Shown here piece after piece: positions 39,038 through 48,900 of a stretch of 50,830 nt of DNA (position 1 is its first letter; every line of letters starts with the position of its first letter). A model generated the notes under the pieces. That model was not told where the DNA came from, did not search any database, and saw only the letters and a program-made list of their open reading frames with translations. The position numbers were made by a program, and so were the translations under genes. Source of the DNA: Alphaproteobacteria bacterium (GTDB lineage: Bacteria; Pseudomonadota; Alphaproteobacteria; JAJFIK01). The stretch is taken from positions 1 through 50,830 of the forward strand of contig JANQLJ010000004.1 in the NCBI GenBank assembly GCA_028280665.1, written 5' to 3'.

Positions 39038-41815
39038 GTGAGCGATACCACAGATTTACCCCCTGGCGGCACTCCGCCCGACGAGCCGCCCCGCGAGCCC
39101 CCTATGGCTGGAGGGCCGTCGGACATCGCGCCCATCACCATCGAAGAGGAGATGCGCAAGTCTTACCTCGATTACGCCATGAGCGTGATCGTGAGCCGCG
39201 CGCTTCCGGACGTGCGCGACGGGCTCAAGCCGGTGCACCGGCGCATTCTCTTTTCCATGTACGAGAACGGATACGACTGGAACAAGCCGTACCGGAAGTC
39301 GGCGCGGGTGGTGGGCGACGTCATCGGTAAATATCACCCCCATGGGGACCAGGCGATCTATGACGCGCTGGTGCGCATGGCACAGGATTTTTCTATGCGC
39401 CTGCCGTTGCTCGACGGGCAGGGCAATTTCGGCTCCGTTGACGGCGACCCGCCCGCGGCCATGCGGTACACGGAAATCCGCATGGGTAAGCCGGCTCATG
39501 CGCTGCTCGAAGATATCGACAAGGATACGGTCGATTTCGCCGATAACTATGACGGCACCGAGCGCGAACCGGTCGTTCTTCCCGCGCGCTTCCCGAACAT
39601 TCTCGTCAATGGCGGTACCGGCATTGCCGTGGGCATGGCGACCAACATCCCGCCCTTTAACCTGGGCGAGATTATCGATGCCTGCACCGCGTTGATCGAA
39701 AACCCCGAGCTTGATTTTGAGGAACTGGTCGAGATCGTGCCGGGCCCGGATTTCCCAACCAGCGGATTGATCATCGGCAGGTCCGGCTCGCGGGCAGGAA
39801 TGTTCAAGGGGCGCGGTTCGGTTCTGATGCGGGGGCGAACGGAGATTGAGGAAACCTCCCGTGGCGGCACCGCCATCATCATTTCCGAGATCCCGTTTCA
39901 GGTGAACAAAGCCAGCATGATCGAAAAGATCGCGGAACTGGTTCGTGAAAAACGTATAGAAGGCATTTCCGACATACGCGATGAATCCGACCGCGAAGGG
40001 ATGCGCGTGGTGATCGAGCTGCGCCGCGAAGCGGTACCTGACGTCATCCTCAATCAGCTTTACCGCTACTCGCCGCTACAGACGAGCTTTGGCGTCAATA
40101 TGCTCGCGCTCAATCAGGGTAAGCCCGAGCTCATGTCGCTCAAGGAGATGCTGCAGGCGTTCCTCACCTTCCGTGAGGAAGTGGTCACCCGCCGTACCAA
40201 GTTCGAGCTGGGCAAGGCCCGGGACCGCGCCCATGTGCTTGTGGGGCTGGCCATTACCGTCGCCAATATCGACGAGGTCATTCAGATGATCCGCACCGCG
40301 CCGGACCCGGCAACCGCGCGCGAGCGGCTCAAGGACCAGGACTGGCCCGCCAAGGAAGTGGTGCCCCTGCTCGAACTCATCGCCGATCAGCGCCACAAAG
40401 TGACCAAAAAAGGCACCATCCGCATGACTGATGAGCAGGCCCGCGCCATTCTGGACTTGCGCCTGCAGCGCCTCACCGCGCTCGGCCGCGATGAAATTGG
40501 CGATGAGCTTAAAGGCCTGGGCGGCAAAATTTCGGAATACCTGGAGGTGCTCCGCTCACGGATCAAGCTGCTCGAGATCATCCGTGGTGAACTGGAAGAG
40601 GTAAAAACCCAGTTCGCAACGCCGCGCAAAACCGAGTTCATCGAAGCCGCGCAAGAGCTTGAAGACGAGGACCTCATCCAACGCCGCGATATGGTGGTGA
40701 CTGTCACCCACAAGGGTTACATCAAGCGCGTGCCGCTCGATACCTACCGGACACAACGCCGGGGCGGGAAGGGCCGCGCTGGCATGTCCACGCGGGACGA
40801 AGACTTCGTAACGCGCGTCTTTGTCGCCAACACCCACACGCCGGTCCTGTTCTTTTCTTCGACGGGCATGGTCTACAAGCTCAAGGTCTGGCGCCTTCCT
40901 GAAGGCACACCCCAGGCCCGCGGCCGCGCCATGATGAACCTCCTGCCTCTCAGCCAGGGCGAGATGATCACCAATGTGCTTGAGCTGCCCGACGATGAGG
41001 AAAGCTGGGGCTCCCTCAATGTGATGTTCGCGACCAAGAGTGGCAGCGTGCGGCGCAATCAGCTTTCAGACTTTGTGAACGTGATGGCAAACGGCAAGAT
41101 CGCCATGAAGCTGGACGATCCCGATGACGGTATTGTCGGGGTTTCCATTTGTACCCCGGACGACGATGTGCTGCTCACCTCACGCAATGGCAAGACCATC
41201 CGCTTCCCGGTGGGCGATGTGCGCGTCTTCAAGGGCCGCGCGTCCATGGGCGTGCGCGGGATCAAGCTGCTGGGCGACGATTATGTGGTTTCCATGTCGA
41301 TCCTCCACCATGTGAACGTGACCACCGCCGAGGCGCAGGCCTATCTCAAGCAGGCCTCCGCCATTCGCCGGGCCATGGATGAGGATGATGCCGAGGAACC
41401 AGCAGAGGCTGAAGAAACCGTCGAAGCGGTTTTGTCCCCCGACCGCTATGCAAGCCTTGGCGCGGAAGAACAGTTCATCTTGACGCTGACAGAGCGCGGG
41501 TTCGGCAAGCGCAGTTCCGCTTACGATTACCGCACCTCGGGCCGGGGCGGCCAGGGCATCGCGGCCATGGATATGACCGCCCGCAAGGGCAAGCTGCTTG
41601 CCTCGTTCCCGGTGGAAGATCATGACGAGATCATGCTGGTCACCGACAAGGGCAAGCTCATCCGTGTGCCAGTAGAGGGTATCTCGATCAGGCGGCGGTC
41701 AACCCAAGGGGTGACGGTGTTCGCAACGGCCAAGGATGAAAATGTCGTCTCCGTCGAGCGGATCGATGAGCGGTCCGACGAAAATGGCCATCACGAGGAA
41801 GGCGAAACGGAATGA
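39038..41815 (+). CDS. gyrA: DNA gyrase subunit A
   Basis: [29 protein letters not shown], the QRDR region [24 protein letters not shown], and the active-site AAMRYTE. GTG start. Confidence 0.97.
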   Translation: MSDTTDLPPGGTPPDEPPREPPMAGGPSDIAPITIEEEMRKSYLDYAMSVIVSRALPDVRDGLKPVHRRILFSMYENGYDWNKPYRKSARVVGDVIGKYHPHGDQAIYDALVRMAQDFSMRLPLLDGQGNFGSVDGDPPAAMRYTEIRMGKPAHALLEDIDKDTVDFADNYDGTEREPVVLPARFPNILVNGGTGIAVGMATNIPPFNLGEIIDACTALIENPELDFEELVEIVPGPDFPTSGLIIGRSGSRAGMFKGRGSVLMRGRTEIEETSRGGTAIIISEIPFQVNKASMIEKIAELVREKRIEGISDIRDESDREGMRVVIELRREAVPDVILNQLYRYSPLQTSFGVNMLALNQGKPELMSLKEMLQAFLTFREEVVTRRTKFELGKARDRAHVLVGLAITVANIDEVIQMIRTAPDPATARERLKDQDWPAKEVVPLLELIADQRHKVTKKGTIRMTDEQARAILDLRLQRLTALGRDEIGDELKGLGGKISEYLEVLRSRIKLLEIIRGELEEVKTQFATPRKTEFIEAAQELEDEDLIQRRDMVVTVTHKGYIKRVPLDTYRTQRRGGKGRAGMSTRDEDFVTRVFVANTHTPVLFFSSTGMVYKLKVWRLPEGTPQARGRAMMNLLPLSQGEMITNVLELPDDEESWGSLNVMFATKSGSVRRNQLSDFVNVMANGKIAMKLDDPDDGIVGVSICTPDDDVLLTSRNGKTIRFPVGDVRVFKGRASMGVRGIKLLGDDYVVSMSILHHVNVTTAEAQAYLKQASAIRRAMDEDDAEEPAEAEETVEAVLSPDRYASLGAEEQFILTLTERGFGKRSSAYDYRTSGRGGQGIAAMDMTARKGKLLASFPVEDHDEIMLVTDKGKLIRVPVEGISIRRRSTQGVTVFATAKDENVVSVERIDERSDENGHHEEGETE

Positions 41816-42312
41816 GCAAACGCGCCGGACTCTATCCGGGTACTTTCGATCCCATCACCAACGGGCATATCGACATCATCCGGCGGGCGATCAAACTGGT
41901 CGACGAGCTGGTCATCGGTATCGCGATCAACAACGACAAGGGCCCGCTTTTTTCCCTCGATGAGCGCGTGGCCATGGTCAAGCGGGAAACCGCGCCTTTG
42001 ACCGGGGAGGGCCGGGCCAAAATTTCCGTGCGGCCCTTCGAAGGGCTACTCATGCACTATGCGGAGGAGGTTGGCGCGAGCGTGATTATCCGGGGATTGC
42101 GCGCCGTGTCGGACTTTGAGTATGAGTTCCAGATGGTCGGGATGAACCAGCGCCTTAATCCGGACATCGAAACGGTGTTCTTGATGGCAGAGGCAACGCA
42201 TCAGGCCATCGCGTCGCGCCTGGTGAAGGAGATTGCGCGGCTTGGCGGGGATGTGGGCTCGTTTGTATCGGCGGACGTCAAAAAGCAATTAACGGATAAA
42301 TTCTCGTCCTGA
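41812..42312 (+). CDS. coaD: Phosphopantetheine adenylyltransferase
   Basis: [17 protein letters not shown], and ISATLVRE-like [14 protein letters not shown]. It has an ATGA overlap with gyrA. Confidence 0.94.
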   Translation: MSKRAGLYPGTFDPITNGHIDIIRRAIKLVDELVIGIAINNDKGPLFSLDERVAMVKRETAPLTGEGRAKISVRPFEGLLMHYAEEVGASVIIRGLRAVSDFEYEFQMVGMNQRLNPDIETVFLMAEATHQAIASRLVKEIARLGGDVGSFVSADVKKQLTDKFSS

Positions 42313-42353
42313 CCGGTGGCCCCCGATTGGTTCAAAACAGAATGGAACACAAC

Positions 42354-43073
42354 ATGCGTATAGCGGCTCCCTTGGTACTTCTTTGCGTTCTCGCCGCCCC
42401 GGCATGGGCGCAAAGCTCATCGGACGGAGGCGAACCCGGCCGCCAAATCTCTCCTGAGAACGTCTTGATCCTCGAACTTGAAACCGGGACGGTGTTCATT
42501 GAGATGTTCCCGGATGTGGCGCCGCGCCATGTGGAACGTGTTCGCACACTCGCAACCCAAGGCTTTTACGACAACGTCGTCTTCCATCGGGTGATCGACG
42601 GCTTCATGGCGCAAGGGGGCGACCCCACGGGAACAGGCACAGGCGGCTCCGAACTTCCTAATTTACCGGCCGAGTTCTCCACCATTCCGCACCGCCGTGG
42701 CATTCTTTCAATGGCGCGGTCCCAAAGTCCCGATAGTGCGAACAGCCAGTTCTTTATTATGCTCGCCGACCGTCCCGAGGGCGCGAGTAGCTGGACCCAA
42801 CTTGACACGAGCTACACCGTCTGGGGCCGGGTCATTGAAGGCATGGCGAATGTGGATGAGATCGCCATCGGCGAGCCGCCGGAGGACCCCACGCAAATCA
42901 TACGGGCACGGACCGTTGCGACCGAATTGCCTGGCATGGCGTTTGTGCCCGGTCCACCCGATTTGCCAGAGCGTCTAGCCTACGCCTCATTGGAAGCCGA
43001 GGCATTCGATCCTCTCTATGAGGACGATGTCCAGATCGATATTCTCAGCCCTGTGCTGCGTGCAAGCAATTAG
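42354..43073 (+). CDS. ppiA: Periplasmic cyclophilin-type peptidyl-prolyl isomerase
   Basis: Signal peptide MRIAAPLVLLCVLAAPAWA, plus FHRVIDGFMAQGGDPTGTGTGG and SANSQFFIM. Upstream alternative starts at 42327 and 42342 are possible. Confidence 0.88.
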   Translation: MRIAAPLVLLCVLAAPAWAQSSSDGGEPGRQISPENVLILELETGTVFIEMFPDVAPRHVERVRTLATQGFYDNVVFHRVIDGFMAQGGDPTGTGTGGSELPNLPAEFSTIPHRRGILSMARSQSPDSANSQFFIMLADRPEGASSWTQLDTSYTVWGRVIEGMANVDEIAIGEPPEDPTQIIRARTVATELPGMAFVPGPPDLPERLAYASLEAEAFDPLYEDDVQIDILSPVLRASN

Positions 43074-43083
43074 AGGAACGCCC

Positions 43084-43563
43084 ATGAGCCGCCCCGACCC
43101 GAATAGTGACGACCTGATCTATCTGGACCTTGAATCAGGACGCGTGACCATCCAGACGCGCCCGGATCTGGCGCCCAACCACGTTGCTCGGATCAAGGAA
43201 CTCGCAAGGCAAGGCTTTTATGACGGCATCGTCTTTCACCGGGTGATCGACGGCTTCATGGCGCAAACGGGCGATCCCACCGGCACCGGTACGGGTGGGT
43301 CCGGCCAGAACCTTTCCGCTGAATTCAATGAAGAGCCGCACCTGCGCGGCACTTGTTCTATGGCGCGAGCCCAAAGTCCCGACAGTGCCGACAGTCAGTT
43401 CTTCATCTGCTTTGACGATTCGCGTTTTCTTGACCGGCAATACACAGTCTGGGGGCACGTGATCGAAGGCATGGACCTTGTCGATCAAATCAAGCGGGGC
43501 GAGCCGGTGCAGGACCCCGACCGCATCGTCTCCATGAAAGTGGCCGCCGACGAGGCCGCCTAA
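43084..43563 (+). CDS. ppiB: Cytoplasmic cyclophilin-type peptidyl-prolyl isomerase
   Basis: FHRVIDGFMAQTGDPTGTGTGG and SADSQFFICF, with no signal peptide. ATG 43084 is preferred over the 43018 extension overlapping ppiA. Confidence 0.9.
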   Translation: MSRPDPNSDDLIYLDLESGRVTIQTRPDLAPNHVARIKELARQGFYDGIVFHRVIDGFMAQTGDPTGTGTGGSGQNLSAEFNEEPHLRGTCSMARAQSPDSADSQFFICFDDSRFLDRQYTVWGHVIEGMDLVDQIKRGEPVQDPDRIVSMKVAADEAA

Positions 43564-43572
43564 AGCGCGGCC

Positions 43573-44643
43573 ATGCGCGTCGATCTCTTCGACTTTGACC
43601 TGCCTGAGGATCGCATTGCGCTGAGGCCGGCGGTACCGCGCGATGCCGCCAGGATGCTAGAGGTCGCGGGAGATCAGTTGGGCGATTGGCGCATCTCCGA
43701 TCTGCCCGCGCGCCTTGCCCCAGGGGATACGCTGGTCGTCAACCGAACGCGCGTGATCCCCGCGCGGCTTCATGCGCGCCGTATGGAACGGCCCAATGAA
43801 GCGCTCGATAACCCGACGCCCCGCATCGAAGCCACATTGCACAAGCCCGTGGGGCCTTCCACCTGGACGGCATTCGCAAAGCCGGGCAAGCGGCTCGCGG
43901 AAGGCGACCGGATCGAGTTTGCCCACGGGCTCACGGCAACGGTACTGCAAAAGGGTGAGGGCGGGGAGATCACGCTCGATTTCAACTGCGCGGGGGACGA
44001 CCTCGACCGCGCCATTGAACGTGCCGGGGAGATGCCGCTACCCCCCTATATCGCGTCAAAGCGCGGGGTCGATGATCAGGACCGGGACGACTACCAGACC
44101 GTGTTTGCCGAAGAGGAAGGATCGGTCGCCGCGCCGACAGCGGGCCTGCACTTCACGCCTGCGCTAATCGAGGGTCTTAAGGAGCGCGATATCGCCATCG
44201 AAGAAGTGATACTGCATGTGGGGGCAGGGACGTTTCTTCCGGTCAAGAGTGACCTTACGGAAGATCACAAGATGCACGCCGAATGGGGGCGCATTACCCC
44301 ACAAACCGCTACTGCGCTCAACGAGCGGCGAAAAGCCGGCGGTCGCATCATCGCGGTCGGAACGACCTCACTCCGCTTGCTAGAGAGCGCCGCCGGCCCC
44401 GCCGGTATGATCGAGCCCTTTGAAGGGGAGACGGACATTTTCATCACGCCTGGCTACCGGTTTCGCAGCATCGACGGCCTGCTCACGAATTTTCACCTGC
44501 CGCGCTCGACGCTGTTTATGCTTGTAAGCGCTTTTGCGGGGCTCGATACGATGAAAGCTGCTTATGTACACGCCATTGCGAACGGCTATCGTTTCTATTC
44601 CTATGGCGATGCGTGTCTGCTGTGGCCGGAGGCCAGGAAATGA
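43573..44643 (+). CDS. queA: S-adenosylmethionine:tRNA ribosyltransferase-isomerase
   Basis: [41 protein letters not shown] and RFYSYGDA. Confidence 0.95.
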   Translation: MRVDLFDFDLPEDRIALRPAVPRDAARMLEVAGDQLGDWRISDLPARLAPGDTLVVNRTRVIPARLHARRMERPNEALDNPTPRIEATLHKPVGPSTWTAFAKPGKRLAEGDRIEFAHGLTATVLQKGEGGEITLDFNCAGDDLDRAIERAGEMPLPPYIASKRGVDDQDRDDYQTVFAEEEGSVAAPTAGLHFTPALIEGLKERDIAIEEVILHVGAGTFLPVKSDLTEDHKMHAEWGRITPQTATALNERRKAGGRIIAVGTTSLRLLESAAGPAGMIEPFEGETDIFITPGYRFRSIDGLLTNFHLPRSTLFMLVSAFAGLDTMKAAYVHAIANGYRFYSYGDACLLWPEARK

Positions 44644-45770
44644 GTGGGTTCGGGTTTGACATCGCCGCAACCGATGGCGCGGCCCGCACCGGGGTTATCA
44701 CGACCCTGCGCGGCGAGATCGCAACGCCTGCTTTCATGCCCGTGGGCACTGGCGCAACGGTGAAAGCAATGTTGCCGGAGATGGTCGCCGCCACCGGCGC
44801 TGATGTTGTCCTGGGCAACACCTATCACCTGATGCTTCGTCCAGGGGCAGAGCGCATTGCACGGCTTGGTGGCTTACACAAGTTTATGAATTGGCCGGGC
44901 CCGATCCTTACGGACTCAGGTGGCTTTCAAGTCATGTCGCTTGCGCGCTTAAGGAAACTCTCGGAAGAAGGCGTCCGCTTTCAGTCTCATATCGATGGCA
45001 GCGAGCACATGCTGACGCCTGAACGGGCGATTGAGATTCAAGCGCTGCTCGGCGCGGACATCACCATGGCGTTCGACGAATGCACACCGTTCCCTGTCAC
45101 CGAAGACGAGGCCCGTGCGTCCATGGAGCTTTCCATGCGTTGGGCGGAGCGATCGAAGGCTACGTTCAAGCCGGAAGGCGGTCGCGCTTTGTTCGGGATT
45201 GTGCAAGGTGGCATTTACCCCGAGTTGCGGCAGCGTTCCGCGGACGCGCTCAAAGAAATCGACTTTGACGGATACGCGGTCGGCGGACTTGCCGTGGGCG
45301 AGGGGCAAGAAACAATGCTTGGCGTTCTCGATGAAACGGTGCCGGCACTTCCCGCGGATCAGCCCCGCTATCTGATGGGCGTCGGTAAACCGGGCGATAT
45401 CATCGGCGCGGTGGAGCGGGGCATTGATATGTTCGATTGCGTGCTGCCGACACGCTCGGGCCGGAACGGGCAAGCCTTCACGCGGGAAGGGCCGCTAAAC
45501 CTCAAAAATGCGCGCCATGCGGACGATCCCCGCCCCATCGACGAGACCAGCACTTGCCCGGCAAGCCGTGATTACAGCCGCGCTTATCTTCACCATCTCG
45601 TGAAGTCAGGTGAGATTTTGGCTTCGGTGCTGCTCACCTGGCACAACCTTGCCTTCTATCAGACATTGATGGCTGAGCTGCGCGATGCGGTCCGGGCAGG
45701 CAGTCTCGCTGAATATACCCAACAATTCAATGCGTTATATGGTAAAGGCGCTAACTCATGTGAAGAATGA
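44640..45770 (+). CDS. tgt: Queuine tRNA-ribosyltransferase (tRNA-guanine transglycosylase)
   Basis: [39 protein letters not shown] and a Zn site [11 protein letters not shown]. It has an ATGA overlap with queA. Confidence 0.95.
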   Translation: MSGFGFDIAATDGAARTGVITTLRGEIATPAFMPVGTGATVKAMLPEMVAATGADVVLGNTYHLMLRPGAERIARLGGLHKFMNWPGPILTDSGGFQVMSLARLRKLSEEGVRFQSHIDGSEHMLTPERAIEIQALLGADITMAFDECTPFPVTEDEARASMELSMRWAERSKATFKPEGGRALFGIVQGGIYPELRQRSADALKEIDFDGYAVGGLAVGEGQETMLGVLDETVPALPADQPRYLMGVGKPGDIIGAVERGIDMFDCVLPTRSGRNGQAFTREGPLNLKNARHADDPRPIDETSTCPASRDYSRAYLHHLVKSGEILASVLLTWHNLAFYQTLMAELRDAVRAGSLAEYTQQFNALYGKGANSCEE

Positions 45771-45958
45771 GGAAGGAGCGCTTGGCGCCTGTTTCTCCTC
45801 GTGCGTTGCAGGTACGCCGCATCGGGGCGATTTGACGCGAAATGTGCACAAATACATTGAAGCGCAATAGGGTCTGATTCACACTCTCGCGGAATGATAG
45901 GGAATGCCTCGTTTGGGGCGCTGGCTGGGCGGGCGCTTGCATATTTGGACGTGCCCGG

Positions 45959-48900
45959 ATGAAATTTTATGACGGTACGCCCATGAAGAATTCATCATTT
46001 GTCATTCAAGGCAGCATCAAGCGGCTGGATGAAATCGCACATGATTTCTCCTTTGGATGGCCGACGGCTATCCCGTTACTGACCCCGACCGATCCGCTCT
46101 TCTCATCGCAATGGCATTTGAACAACACGGGCTCAAACCCGGACATAAACATTCTCAGTGTTTGGGACGATTACACCGGCGCGGGCGTCATCGTCGGTGT
46201 AGTCGATGATGGCGTACAGTATACGCATCCCGATCTAACTGCGAATTACAATACCTCAATCGATCGCGATGAAGACCAAAATGACAATAATGCTGCACCG
46301 GTCAACGTCGACGATAATCACGGAACAGCCGTGGCAGGTGTTATCGGCGCAGCGCAGAATAGCATTGATGTTGTGGGAGTTGCGTTCGGTGCCACAATTG
46401 CTGGTTTGAGAATGGGCTTTGAGTCCAACGACGGACCGGATCAGCCCCAAGACCTTTTTAATCACGCTGTCGCCAACGGCTTTGACGTGCTGAACAACTC
46501 CTGGGGCTATGGCGGCTTTTTTCAGAACTCGGATGACTTCAATAATCCGGCCTTCAGCGGCCTTGGCGCCGCATTGGAGAATCTCGCCGACAATGGGCGG
46601 GGTGGACTTGGCACAGTTGTCGTCTTTTCATCGGGAAATGACGGCGATCATGGACAAGACGCCAACTACCACAATCTCCTGAACTCCCGGTTTACGATTC
46701 CTGTCGGCGCGATGGATTCGTCGGGTAACCTCACCAGTTTTAGCACGCCTGGCGCCCCTGTGTTTGTCGTACTCCCCGGACAGGGCATCGTCACGACCGA
46801 CCGCACGGGAACAGACGGTTACGTAACAGGAAATACCGTGTCCATTAGCGGCACATCCTTTTCCTCTCCCATCGGTGCGGGAATTGCCGCCCTGTTACTC
46901 GAAGCCAACCCCGGCCTCGGTTGGCGGGATGTGCAGGAAATCTTTGTCCTGAGCGCCACTCAGATTCAACCGTCGCATTCAGCTTGGGACATTAATGGCA
47001 CAACGATCTGGAATGGAGGGGGCCTCCACACGAGCCGCTGGCACGGCTTTGGACTCACCGATACCGAGGCGGCGGTGCGCCTTGCTGAAACCTGGACATT
47101 GCAGAGCACATCGGCAAACGAGACGTCTGTCACCGGATCCAGCAGCCCAAACACAACAATCGCGGATTTGTCGACAATCACGGACACGATCACGATCCCG
47201 ACCGGCGTAAACATCGATCATGTAGAAGTCACGCTTAACCTCTCTCATACGGCGCCGGTCGATCTCGTCGTAACTTTAATTTCGCCCGACGGAACCGAAA
47301 GCCAGCTCATCGTGCAGCCCGGCCTTGTGCCGGGCTCGGATACGACGCCATCTGACGGGCAGGCAGGCGATGACGGCGTCCCGGCAGCCAATATTTCATT
47401 CACGCTTTCCAGTACCGAGTTCTGGGGCGAAACCGGAGCGGGAACATGGACTTTACGTGTCCAAGATACGCTGACCCAGGACAGTGGTACGCTCAATAGC
47501 TGGAGCCTTAGACTCTGGGGTGATCCGCTTTCTGACGACACCACGTATTACTTCACCAATGAATACGCGGCATTCGCATCGTCAGATACGTCACGCCAGA
47601 CCATTACGGATACAACCGGGATCAACACAATCAACGCGGCCGCGGTATCGGGCAACCTCGTTATCGACCTAACCGGTGCGGGGCCGAGTACAATCGCGGC
47701 TACGTCTCTAACGCTTGGCGTGGGTTCAGTTTTTCATCATGCCTACGCGGGCGATGGGAACGATACGCTGATTGGTAACGCCTTCGACAACACCTTGTTC
47801 GGTGGCCGTGGTAACGACGGGATTACTGGTAATAATGGGACCGATACGGTCGTTTACCTGTCGAACTCAACCGAATTCACGTTCACGCTGGTAAGTCCCA
47901 CGGAAATTCAAGTTGCCTACACCGGCACATCCGGGATTGATGAGGGCACGGACCTTGTGACCGGCGTTGAGCTGTTCCAGTTCGGCGATACGACTCTCAC
48001 CAAGAGTCAAGTCGAAGCACTGGCGGGAGGAGGTGGCTCCGTCATTAACGGCACACCGCTTAATGACATCCTTGTCGGGACATCAGATGCCGAAGAAATC
48101 AATGGATTGGGCGGTAATGACCGCATTACCGGCGGTGCTGGCATCGATCAGCTTAACGGCGGCGGTGGCGATGACGTGTTTCTTGTGGGTGTTGGCGATA
48201 CCCCGGACATCTTTGATGGCGGTACTGGGACTGACACGATCGCCGCGATCGAATCCGGTGTTGGGATTTCGTTTGCAGACGGACTGTTTGGGCCTTCCAA
48301 TTCCATCGAACTGATTACAAATGATGCCCCCACTTCGTCAGGTTTTCTTTTCTTTGGAGGTACCTCGGGTGATGACGTCATCGATGCTTCTGCGGAAACG
48401 GTGCCGGTATTCATAGATGGACTTGGAGGAAGAGACACACTGATTGGCGGTAGTGCAGACGACGCGCTAGCCGGCGGGACGAGCAACGACAATCTAACAG
48501 GTAATGGCGGCGCCGATACGTTCATAATCGTCGATGGTACCGGAAGAGAGGTCATTACCGACTTTGATACGGCTTCGGGCGACGTCATCAACCTCTCTGG
48601 CGTGGCGGGACTCAACAACTTTGCCGATGTTCAAGCGGTTATGACATTCCGCGGCGGCAACACGCGCATCGCCACGCCCGCCGGCGATACAATTATAATC
48701 CAGGGCATCGATAGCGCCGACCTGAGTGCCGATGATTTTGATTTCGGAACCGCACCGACGCCAGCTAGCATCTCCGCCTCTCCTGCTGCGGCGGTCGCCA
48801 ACACAACGATTGAAGGCACTACCGGCACCGATAACTATGATTTTTCTGCAACTGACCTGGATGGTATCACGGCCATAAACATGAATGGGGGAGACGATAC

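Noticed and set aside
42354-43563. Tandem cyclophilin genes considered as a recent duplication
   Set aside because: One copy has a signal peptide and a C-terminal extension and the other is cytoplasmic. This periplasmic/cytoplasmic ppiA-ppiB pair between coaD and queA is a conserved alphaproteobacterial arrangement, not a novelty.
45888-45965. Promoter or operator candidates upstream of the giant gene: TTGCAT-17-TGAAAT (45937-45965), and the TGTGCACA palindrome and AATGT-N-ACATT pair further upstream in the same spacer
   Set aside because: They are plausible, but the hexamers are weak, and the first would make ATG 45959 unusable. This cannot be decided without 5'-end mapping.
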